DNA of 64,000 nucleotides from Basidiobolus meristosporus CBS 931.73 (Eukaryota > Fungi > Basidiobolomycota), in assembly GCA_002104905.1 (NCBI GenBank), contig MCFE01000389.1, forward strand, positions 19,024 to 83,023, written 5' to 3'. Each line of letters begins with the position of its first letter. Position 1 is the first letter of the stretch. The notes beneath the pieces are model-generated. The model had not been told where the DNA came from. It saw nothing but the letters and a program-made list of their open reading frames with translations, and did no database searches. Positions 48,886 to 59,874 of the stretch are shown in pieces. A program made the position numbers and the translations under genes.

Positions 48886-50903
48886 TGCTGATCCATGGCA
48901 CAGCTTCCAGGCTTCACATTTAGCCGAAACATCGGGGAAAATCCATTAATGCGGCGACCAGGTGTGTCCCAAATTAACCAATTACCTGACCACCTGCAGG
49001 CTGGTCAAGGCTCAACTGAGACGGGAAAAATGCTTGCCCAGCTGCTCACGCATGCATTCATGATACCCCGAAAATTCCCTGGTCGCTCCTCGTCGCGGTT
49101 TGGTTGATTATCAGAAACTGTTGGCATCATTATTTAGGATTGGGGCTAGCATCTGGTAAGTTGATTTGTTAGTAGGCGCTATACTATATGAGGCTTGCAT
49201 AACTATACTCTCCACGTGATATAACAGTGGGCAAATATGGATGCAGATCCAGAGCGATATTTGGTTTTATTAATTCGATTCAGTGTGCCAAGGTATCATC
49301 CATATTGTACTCAAGCATCACATCCATATTGTACTCAAGCATCAGCGAGTGTGAAGTAATCATGATCATGTTATGCACATATGCTTCTTTATATACCAAA
49401 CTGTGACCTGTATTCAAGATAATGCCACAACGCATGGGATGAATAGTTGAGAGCTCACCATGAATTTGATAACTAGCACCTTTACTATCTCATTAATCCT
49501 TTGATTCAACCGGCGGTTACATGCCCACCACAGGCATTTGTCTTGCTAAAACCTTTTATTTACAGTGCCATAGTCCCCATCTACCGGGGGTCCATACCTA
49601 TTGCACAGGTAAACATGGTTGGTAATACATGAGTTTCTCAAGAGCTCAAAACCATAAAAGCGGCCAGTAGTGGTGCGGCAAGTTAAGTCGCAGGTGGCAT
49701 AAGTGCCAGTAACGTGAATAATGAGATCAAGGAAAAGTGGTAATGTGCATTTCAAGATTGGTGGTGGCGCAATGCCAATCACCCAATGCCTTACCTGAGG
49801 CATAATGGGATCGTATACGAATTAATGCAATGGCTGCAGGGATGAGGACGACCAGCAGTAGTACTGTTCATCATGGTACATTTTCTCAAGAGGTATGCAT
49901 GGCTAGGGAGATTATTAGTAGCTTCAAGGAGCCAAGCCTCTTGCTATTTACGGCGTTGCGGTGATTGCTTAAGGTTTTGGGAGAAGAGATCCAGGTATCC
50001 AAGCGAGGGAGGGGGTTTAAGTTATATTGCTCCCATTTCTCGATAGATTCACATCGAATCTGATGAAGACTGGTTAGTTGATCTGACGAAACCTTGCAAT
50101 AATTGAGTAAAACTGTATAATACACTGCAATATGAGTAACTGTATAGACAAGTCGGATGTTTTTCTAGAAGATTTGCATTGGTGACAATTTGAAGCCCCA
50201 GGAACCTTCCTCTGGCTTTATCAAATGGATTTCGAAGTATAGCAATGGCCCTAGTCCTCATTTGTTTAACTGTATATACAATCTGTTTTGACCATCCTGT
50301 AAGTGGCTGTTGAGTAATTTCTTCAGATCCATAACAAATCCAGTTTTTATAATATGGGTAACTATGTCTCTACTTGAACATGCTCATTGCTTGTTCTACT
50401 TATTAAGCTGGTCAAGTAGTGCGCCTTGTTGTGCTAGTTTGGTATGGTACTGGGTCCCTAGCTGAATACTTAGTGTTGTTTCAGATCGGTTGTGATACTT
50501 TCAACCTGTTACAGAATTGTTTGATTATCAAAAAACATCAGAGTTAGAAATTTCTACAAGTCAAGAATGAGTCTTTATGGAAAGTAGGCAAGGAATGATG
50601 TTCTGGTAGCCTGCTGTACTTGCTTCTTTTGTCAACCAAGTTCACTATGGTGGAACTGTAAAAAATCATGTAATGAATCAGACGAATGTACAGAGAGTTG
50701 AAAAACTATGAAATTTAATTCTTTATTGATGATATTTCAAAGGGCTTATATAGAGACAGTTTCGGAAGGAGGAGTTGCGATAACGTAGGGTAGGCTTCTG
50801 AAAGGAGTGCCCGAGATGTATTCGTGGGCTTCCGAAGCGTTCGATCGGTAATGTTTTAAGTGATCAGAAATGAGTAGTTATAAATCACATCATTGAAATA
50901 TCG

Positions 50904-50975
50904 GCCTGTTTAGCGCAGTGGTAGCGCGTCAGTCTCGTAAACTGAAGGTCGCCAGTTCAATCCTGGCAACAGGCA
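50904..50975 (+). tRNA. tRNA-Thr: tRNA-Thr (anticodon CGT), no intron
   Basis: Acceptor stem GCCTGTT/AACAGGC, D arm GCGCAGTGGTAGCGC, anticodon arm TCAGT-CTCGTAA-ACTGA and T arm GCCAG-TTCAATC-CTGGC. Confidence 0.95.
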
Positions 50976-51941
50976 TGATAATTGCTTTAAACAATTTTGC
51001 CAACCAATAAGGCAACAAATCATTCATTGATGGACTTCCTTTATCAGTTACATACCACTGTAAGTCGCCCATCTGTACACAACCTCGAACTTTTGAAAGG
51101 CACACCACCCTGCATAATCGGTTCGGAAAGACTCTCTTCACAGAGATATTTATCAACATGCTGACTACCATGAATCGCAATGTGGTACTTCAGATATGTT
51201 CCAGAAGTACACCCACTCTATCAAACAAGAACACCGACTCCTCGTCATGATCGCGGTTTCAAAAGACTGACTCTGTATGATAGCTTTGGTCACTTCTACC
51301 GTCCTCCACCCGTTTGCCTCGTCCTGATCAAAGATTTGAAATATCTGCATGGCCATAACAAACTTCCACTAGACACTTGGGTATGCACTCGTACAGTCCT
51401 TGGACGTCTGTTGCCGGGCCCTGCAGTGGAACTTGGTCGCGATTTAGGTGTTCTTAGGCTTCCCTCGAATGAATTCACGGTCATTCTCTCCCACTTTACA
51501 GTTATTAATAAGTGTACCATCTTAGATTGGTAGCACCTAAATAGGATCATGTCAGCACCACAACGAGAAGCTTTTCGGTGAACGCCCCATAACTTCCGAC
51601 AAATCTCTCGTGTCGTAGCAGTGCTCGATACATTCCCGCCACTCCAAATCCGTAAACCTAGGCTACCTCTTGCACCGGTAGCCCCTAATTCGGAGCACCC
51701 AATCTTGCTGGACCATCATCCTCAATCACTTAATTAAGCCAATTAAATCTACATTTTGGGCGCAAAGAGACCTATCCTGGCGTGTGGTGTATAGTTTAGT
51801 AAATTCTGGTTTATTCTCCTGAATGCGTGAACGATCCTGATCCCGGTCCGGATCGGGATTGAATCCGCATCCCGTGCTCACATTTCACTGATTTCGTCGT
51901 GTCTAGAGAGAGCGTGATGCAGCCCTATTGGCTAGCAAGGA

Positions 51942-53874
51942 TTAGGCTTCGAACCCAGCAGGAAGATCACACCAGCCCATCTCCTTGACGCACCAAAGTG
52001 GGGCAATGGCCGCACCCTTGACGCCACGCCCGCCCATTCTGTAACGCCACTCGTTAAGTCTTGGGAACGCGCGCTTTACCGAGCCGAATATGTCGGTGTA
52101 ATTGATCGCACTATAGCCACTCCAAAGGACCTCAGCCGCCGCGGCCGCACGGGGCCACATTTGGGACTCGAGGTTATAGGAGTCGACCTGCTCACTCCAC
52201 AGGGCAACCTCCCCACCAAGAACATGGACGCCTTCAGCCTCGGTAAGGTTGGCCCGAAGATCGTGGGAGTAAACCTTTTGCCAAGTGCGGTACTTGTCAC
52301 AAGTTGGGCAATCAACCCATCCGGGGGCGTGGCGACCGTGGCCTACATCAAGGTACCAGTAGTCGGAGCCACTCTGAATGATATCATGACCTTGCTCGAC
52401 GATCAGCTTGGTGTTCTTACTGCCAGTCCATTGTTGAACGATGAAGTGCTTGGGGATGGTAAGGTTCAGGTCCTTGTTCAATAATGCTTCCTCCCAAACA
52501 ATCGGGCGCTTTCCGGCGGCTGACACGTACTCGTCAACCTTGTCGTAGAAGTGCTGCATGGCCTCAATCATCGTGGTGTTCTTTTCTTTGAGGTTCTTTT
52601 GGAATACCTCGCTCTCTTTGTAGCAGCGCATGCCAACTTCGTCACCACCAGTATGAAGGAGTTCATCCGGGAACCAAGAGGCCACTTCCTTGATGAGATT
52701 CTGGGTGACCTCGTAGGTGATGTCCTGAGTGACGTCGAATTGCCCGCTCGGTGGCTGGTAATCAATGGCACGCCACACTGGCTGGACATTGGCACACACC
52801 AACATTCCTGGGAAGGGTAGCCCCGTGGCGTAGGCGTGTCCAGGCATTTCGATCTCAGGCACGATGCGGATACCACGCTGAATCATGGAGAAGTTAGTGA
52901 GGACGCTTGAAGCCAGATGGCCCATGATGACATACCTCAAGGGCGAATCCCACCAAGTCACGGATGTCCTCCTTGGTGTAGATCATACCAGGCTGGAATT
53001 TAGCGTAGGCCATCTCGCGGAGTTGTGGGTATACCTAATGATTGTTTAGTTCCATGTGCTGAAAAGATGATCCATCAGAAGCAGCTACATACCTCTGAGG
53101 CAAGCGAGAAGCTTTGGGCATCGGTAAGATGGAGATGGAGCACGTTGAATTTATTCCAGCTCAAGGCATCAATCTGCTTCTTTATCTCCTCGATGGAAAG
53201 AAAGTTTCGGGTGACGTCCATCATGAATCCACGGTGCTTGTATGCTGGTTTGTCCTCGATGTGCCAAGGACCATATGAGATGTACCTTCCCTAAGAGCAG
53301 GATGTTGTTAGGCGACTGAGTCGCGCAAGGGTAGAGAGTGACTTACGATATCGCTTTCATAATTTACTAATTGACTCAGGGTTTCCAAGGCACGTAGAGC
53401 TCCGAAGACCGTCTTGGATTTAATGGTGGCGGTGACCGATTTGTTGAGGTTGCAATCAACCGGAACATCAAGCGTGTACGACTCATCGGTGTTGAGGTCG
53501 AGCTTGGCGTTACCATCCTCAATCTCCAGCTCAACACGCTTAAGCCAGGTGTTGCTTTTCTTCACCGGAATCATGTTCTTTCGAGCCATCTCCTCGCCGG
53601 AGGATTCGACTGGAGTTTCGGCCCAACGAACGAATGGGGTCCAATTTTCCTTGCGTACGGATTTCTTGAAGCGATCGGCTGCCTTCCGAGCGATATCCAT
53701 GTAATTGCCTTTGCCTTGGATCTTGATGTTAAGCCCGGAAGAAACCATAATGGTGCTATCGCCTTGGGTGAATTTCTGAGGTCTTGGCCAGACATATGCG
53801 GCCTCCGAGCCTTGGCTGACAAGAATCGTGGCAGTGACCAGGAGGATGCTCAGAGAGTTTAAGAGTTTGACCAT
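51942..53874 (-). CDS. Secreted beta-N-acetylhexosaminidase (GH20), 4 exons
   Basis: Signal peptide, VWPRPQ, DESYTL, TVFGALRALETLSQL, HRGFMMDV, RGIRIVPEIEMPGHA, HTGGDEV, SDYWYLDVG, VLGGEVALWSEQVD and WPRAAAAAEVLWS. Introns at 53291-53346, 53035-53092 and 52878-52935. Confidence 0.93.
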
Positions 53875-55189
53875 GTTGAAAATGCTGTAGTTGCTGGGCA
53901 TCACTCGAACAGTTCGCCATTTAAATATTCATTAGTTACTCTTTGCGAAGAATCTTCTCTGTTTCGAAAAGACAAAAGCCACAGATGAGCTAATTCACCG
54001 TCAAGTTAGAACGGGATAAATGAATTCATGGTTACACTTCTACCTATTGGTATGTGCCAACAGGCACGGAGATGGACAGACCTTTACACTTTGTTCCGCT
54101 AGACTACCCGAGTTTCCTTAAAAATATATAGTATGCCTCAAAGTGTAAACCTGATTGGGAATTCACATCTTAAGCCGTAAGGCCGCAACGATCCCCAATG
54201 AATGACCTTTTCCTCATTTATGCATCTGTGGCAAGTACCACTTGGAATATTCAGAAATTGGATGTACGAGACCAGCTGAGAATGGTTATGGGAATCTTTT
54301 AGAGCCCCGACTCCATTGTGAGATCGAGCAAGCTGGCGTGGATGATCGACGTCGAACTGGCAAATATCCACTAGAATAAATCATGGAATTAAGCTTTGTA
54401 TCACAAAACACATCTAGAGTCTGACGCAGCGCACCTAATTGGTCATGTTGTCCCCGATTTCTTTATTATGGTTTGCACTTTTTCATTCAGTTTGGCTTTG
54501 ATCCGGAGCCAACCACGTCACCTGCTTGATGGAGTATTTGCTCATGGTGAGAGGCTTCCTGGGCTAATTCGGTCTTGACTCGGTGAAAATCAACCATTTT
54601 GTATTTATCATATTTAAACCAGTATAGTGGATCGACCAAGTGAAATACAGGAGCCAGATACAACGCATGGAATTCTAAGCAAAAGGGTGACGCGTTTTGT
54701 CTAATTTACTTAATCTATGTTGGTGTTATTCAATACTCTGGATCTTTGGGAATGTTCACTTGCTTTACAATAATCGTAGGCTTAATGGTTTGTTTACCTT
54801 GCAATGTAACTTGGTTGCATGCTTCTTGACTCGGTGCGTATTGTCCTCCATCATTTTGCTAATAAATTCTCGAGGTTAGCATCTAAATGGATGCTAGACT
54901 ACCAACTATATAAATTCAGCAATATGTTGATATTTATCCTGAAGTGCATAGTGCTATTTCCACATAATTCCAGTCACTTTAGTATCTAGCACCGTAGTAG
55001 GATTGTCTGTTTGTTCACCTGAGCACGCTGTAGGCCAATTCAGTCATTCCATACGTGTACAAATAAGTCTGTGCAGTTCCTGTCCTAGTCCCGTTCCATA
55101 GAAAACTGTACGAATCTGGTTCCACCAGAACAGAACTATGGTTTCCATGCATTCTCAGGATTAATCGACGAATAAAGGTTCCATTCCAT

Positions 55190-56070
55190 TCCAGAATATT
55201 TTCGTTTCGGAAAACTTGCTCAATTGTGTTATTGGGGATGAGGGCGATATACCAAGGGCATACATACTGACCATCCAAATCTATATCCCGAAATAGAAAA
55301 TATCTCAGTTGACCATGTACCTCAATGCAGACTGCCTATATGTTGGCGTCAATCATAAAGAGAAGTCATCATTGTAGCCTTCAGAGGGCATGATTTTATT
55401 GCTTTTATCCAAAACACTTTTATTCAACTTGCCTCCTGTTAAGAACACTCAACATTCGCAGCTGGGTTGACGACTTTGATTTCCTTCCGTTGGACTTCGC
55501 TTATCCCGGTGCTGGGGAGGGGACCATGGTTCATGGGGGATTTTTAAAAGCATTCAACAGTGTGTCAGAGGGTGTAATTACTAGGCTGAAGAAGGTTGTG
55601 AGCCAGCTTCCTAATAATCCCCATGAACATGAGCTTGAGGTGACAGGTCACTCTCTGGTAAGTGCAGAGTTCAGTTGTCATGGTCAGGAAATCCAAATTA
55701 ACCCTGGAAACACACGGTGGTGCAGTGGAGATTAAAACCATTTAATGAACCCAAGTAGTCCTCATTGTATTACTCCACCAGCCAAAATCATCAATCCCTC
55801 CAAAATCCCTGTTCGCACCTACGGGCAACCCAGAGTAGGACATCTCACCTTTGCTGAGCTAGCATACAAAACACATTCAACTCAGCCATTAGCAATAACA
55901 TCATACGTGTGACCTCCAAGAACGATCCAGTTCCTCTTCTTCAACCCGAGAATTTGGTATTTTTGCACTCTCCACATGAGGTGTATGTGCATTGGTCTAC
56001 TGGCAAAAAATGAACTGTAATGATGCTGGGATGGCTGAGGAGGATGACTGCATTCGCTGTTACCTTCCAG
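55190..56070 (+). pseudogene. Class 3 (fungal-type) lipase pseudogene
   Basis: Fragments EYFRFGKLAQLCY, YVGVNH..IIVAFRG, VHGGFLKAF, VTGHSLG, TYGQPRVG and RVTSKNDPVPLL...HSPHEVY. There are frameshifts near 55365 and 56010, and a doubtful acceptor before GGAV. Confidence 0.75.
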
Positions 56071-57090
56071 TGGATGTTATCTCTCGTACGACTTATTGGT
56101 CCATGGTGTAAAGTATTTGCTTCTTACATTTGTTTACCCCGCCTAAGTGTCGTCCACTTGATTTCATTGCTTGTGTAAGCTTAGTAAGCTTATTTGAATT
56201 AAAAGCTATCTGGAATATAAATTAGATTTAAGGGATTGAAATAGTTGCAGTGAGGCTTACTAGAGTTGAACATATATCATAAGGTGAACAACATACCTGA
56301 GCCATAGATCAATCATCTACCATAAACGATATTCTAATTGTGTACCTACAGTGAAGAGTGTAATCAGTCGATGATTACAGGCACTTTAATAAGGAATAAT
56401 CAGAGGTTGGGCCTGAACTCTCCAGATGATCATTCGAGATATAACGGAGAAAGCGTAACTGTATCCAGGAATTACCATCTACCTAGCGCCATCCATAAAA
56501 GACTCAATGAATGGACCGAACTCGACTCACAGGGGAATCCAGCATACGTCACCCATAGATCATTGCTGTAGAGGATTGAGAGAGTGCGCACGTGCTGGCA
56601 TCGAATTCTCTTCCGAGTTATGTAATGTCGACTGAGAATTCCACCTGGGGTTCAGAAGTGCATGGAAAGGGGTGTTTGTTTTAGAATATTCTGTGTGTCA
56701 GTTGCGTGCTAGCCTATAAGCATTCGGTCAGTTGGTAGATGAAACGAATTGGACGTCACCTTTGGAAAAAGAAGTGCTTCCCGATTCGGCTTAGGGTGTC
56801 AAATTAGCAGTCAGAACTGCCTTATGTGGATTAATGCATGATCCATTGTCTGGAGATCTGCACGATACCTTTAGAGATCTGCACAATACCCATATGGGGT
56901 AAATACGGAATAACCTTGGAATTCCCTGGATAGGTTTCAATAGTGATACATCAACGCAATGTAGTAATTTATCAATGTTTTCAAGCGACTTCATTGCGAT
57001 TGATTCCATGCATGAAGCCATTGCAAAGGTGTATAAAATGAACTTCTCACCCACTTATACCACAATATCCAACCATAGCCTTATTTTAAA

Positions 57091-58098
57091 ATGGAATCAT
57101 CAAGACTGAATCCTCCAAACCGGTTTGCTAGCCAAGGAGCCACCGAGCTTAGGCCACACGAAGCTACTCTGAACATTGGCGTTCCTCTATCTGCCGAGCA
57201 CATCGCCTCGCTAGAACAGCATATCACTCGTAGTCGTCAAGCTTCTCTCAACGCTATTCCTCACAGGAAGTCGCTCACTGGCCTTGCGCCACCCGAGTTT
57301 CATCCTGATGTTGTTGCTGATGAAGACCATTTGACAATGGCTCAAATGCTCGACTGGTCTGAGTTTCGTAACCCAAAAATATGGCGTTCAGGTGTTCATG
57401 AGCTTTTCCTGATGGCATTATATGTTTTGGTCTCCTGCGGTGTAACCGTTTGGGCGGTCAAAGTTGGAGGCCCTGTTGTATCTCTCGATGTTGGGTTGGG
57501 TGTGTTTGTGACTCTAACCCTGTTCATTATGGGTTCCGCCTCGGTATCCGGTGCTCATTTCAACCCTCTTATTACCTGGACTGCTGTATGGACTCGCCTC
57601 TGTTCTGTTCCCCGTGCCATTATCTATTTATTTATGCACTGCGTTGGTGCGATCCTTGGAGGTGCCCTTCTTCGTGTCGCCTGTGGTGAAGCAGTTACCA
57701 AGGCAACTAAACTTGGTTCCTGGGGTTTCAAGCCTGATGTTGTTACCGTCGGTCAGGCTTTCTGCCTGGAATTCCTCTTTAGTTGGTCATATGTATGGAT
57801 CACTTGGGGCACTGGGATTGACCCCAAGCAACAAAAGGTCTTCGGCCCCATTGTCGGGCCTATCTGTGTAGCCTTGGCTCTTGGGCTGAACATATATGTG
57901 AGCGGTGGAATTACTGATGGTTTCGGTGGGGTTGGTGCCAATCCAGCCAAGTTCTTGGGCGTGGCCGTTGCCTCTGGAAATTACCAAGAGCACTGGATCC
58001 CTTGGATTGCCCCTCTCTGCGCTAGTATTGTCCAAGGCGCCATGTACTGGATCGCACCTCCACATCACGAAGCTGAAAAGCCAAAGAAGATTGTATAA
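57091..58098 (+). CDS. Aquaporin/MIP, X intrinsic protein (XIP)-like, intronless
   Basis: SVSGAHFNPL (loop B) and GANPAKFLG (loop E); WRSGVHEL, QAFCLEFLFS and GTGIDPKQ...FGP..GP motifs resemble XIPs. Confidence 0.9.
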   Translation: MESSRLNPPNRFASQGATELRPHEATLNIGVPLSAEHIASLEQHITRSRQASLNAIPHRKSLTGLAPPEFHPDVVADEDHLTMAQMLDWSEFRNPKIWRSGVHELFLMALYVLVSCGVTVWAVKVGGPVVSLDVGLGVFVTLTLFIMGSASVSGAHFNPLITWTAVWTRLCSVPRAIIYLFMHCVGAILGGALLRVACGEAVTKATKLGSWGFKPDVVTVGQAFCLEFLFSWSYVWITWGTGIDPKQQKVFGPIVGPICVALALGLNIYVSGGITDGFGGVGANPAKFLGVAVASGNYQEHWIPWIAPLCASIVQGAMYWIAPPHHEAEKPKKIV

Positions 58099-58849
58099 GG
58101 AGTATAGGCACATACCGGCCATTTGTGAACTTCATACCTTGCACTTTGCACTCATCCCTGTACAGTTTTTATACATGTTCTGTAGATTCGACTATTAATA
58201 AAATCGAAGCCTGATATTTTTCTATTGCAGCATCGAATGTATAAGCCAGCCCGCAAAATATCATATTGCGCCACGTTGTCTCTATACAATGAGAACAAAT
58301 ATAGATAAAAGATATCATGATTATGTATTTATGTATATATACCTATATTATTGATCTCTCTCTATAGCTAGCAAAGCAGTTTCAAGTACTGCTTGCAGCA
58401 GCTTCAGGCAATAAAAGGTTACAACATGTTGGGAAATCTTTATTTCTGAACACTAGTCTATTATGCTGCAAGATAAAGAGGCCAAATCAATGCCTGTATT
58501 TCTCTCAAGAAGATAATCAAGCTGATGTTTAGTTTGTATCTTCTTTACAGGAGTGGAGCTGATCAAAGTTAATATTTAGCTTTGAAGCAAGAATGATATC
58601 CCATTGATACCCTATAAAATATATTTTGGTCCTGCAGGTGGATCTAATCCAGTTCAGCTGCCAGGAGCCTACAAAGAGACTGTTATAATATCAGCAGCTT
58701 GGAATTCTTGACCCTCCAAACAAGGTTATGATGAGATCTTGACAGTGCTCTACTGCCTAGACTTCCTATTATTGTAAAAGCATGAAAGTGTCTTGGCAGC
58801 CTTAATGCCACTTTCCAATGTAACAGTCCTATTGGGCCTGCATTATTCT

Positions 58850-59070
58850 GACTTGGCCTAACTGATTGAAATGTCTATTGCCTTATATGGTAATAGACAT
58901 GTCTGTGCTTTAGCAGCCATATGAAAGACTCCAGATGGCATTATGATGGCAATATAGTGGCCTACTGCTGCTGCTGTATCATACTACTCTGCCAATTAAT
59001 AACTGATATTTCATTTTTGCACCTCCCTTTGTGCCATTAATATATTGTACTGTAGAATTGCACCACATTG
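58850..59070 (-). mobile_element. CACTA-relic fragment
   Basis: GATGGCATTATGATGGCAATATAGTGGCCTACTGC matches the reverse complement of about 19095-19150 and the direct sequence at about 120-240. Confidence 0.55.
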
Positions 59071-59077
59071 TTGCTAT

Positions 59078-59870
59078 TGTTGTAAGCAACATAGCAATAT
59101 TGGAAGTGATTGGGAGCACAAGTTGATTTTGTGGGTGTCACTCCATAACTCATTGAATGTAAGAGTAGTCTAAGTACCTTAGTATGGTCTTGGCAAAGCA
59201 GACACATAAAATGTTGTAACAGTCTTGGAGATATTGGAAGTGATTGGGGGGGGGACAAGTAGATATGTGGTTTTCATTCAATGATTTATTAAATGTAAAA
59301 GTAGTGTTTATACTCTTACATGCTCTTGGGATAACAAGCACATGAAATAGATTCACAAAGGTCCCAAGAACATGTGTGCAAAGTTTGACACTGCTTGGAC
59401 TACTTATCTAATTTTTTGCTCTGGGTACCTGAAATTGTGATGAAAATATTTTAAGTAAATCCAAACGAGGAATGTGGTGACTATTTTCTTGGATTTGAAA
59501 GTAATTATCTAAGTGGCTAAGTTGGGTAAAAATTTAGGTGGAATTACAAACTTTTACAACACTCCCACTCAACTAAATGTTCATACTTACTAGTCCTAAT
59601 TTTGACCTAAGATATTCAAACTTGTCTTCAACTGATGGATTGAAGAATATGTCTGCAATCATTTCATCTGTAGAATAGTCAGCTACATTAGCCAAGCTAT
59701 TCTCTATAAATTCATATATGAAATGATGTTTAATTTCTATGTGCTTAGTTTTTGCATGAAAAGTTGGATTTCCACCCAGCTGTATATATCCTTGGTTATC
59801 TTGAAATAAAGTAATAGGCATCTTTTGACATAAGCCTAAGGCTTTAAAAAGCTTCCTTACCCACATTGCT
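59078..59870 (-). mobile_element. Copia family B fragments: a partial LTR (59078-59211) interrupted by a 3' LTR (59212-59561) plus the RNase H tail, truncated at the LINE junction
   Basis: LTR homology to 24340-24688, PPT, and the peptide FHAKTKHIEIKHHFI...MIADIF...DKFEYLRSKLGL. The Copia match stops at CCACATTGCT (59870). Confidence 0.88.
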
Positions 59871-59874
59871 GCTT

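Noticed and set aside
49297-49344. 24-bp tandem duplication CATCCATATTGTACTCAAGCATCA x2
   Set aside because: Real but only two units in intergenic DNA; consistent with simple slippage, not an array.
51165-51720. Possible small spliced gene on the minus strand between the tRNA and the hexosaminidase
   Set aside because: Candidate splice sites exist, but I could not assemble a convincing protein or recognise a family.
44541-56648. Shared 13-mer GAATTCCACCTGG upstream of FET4 (44541) and the aquaporin (56636)
   Set aside because: Several chance 13-mer pairs are expected in about 28 kb; no other support.
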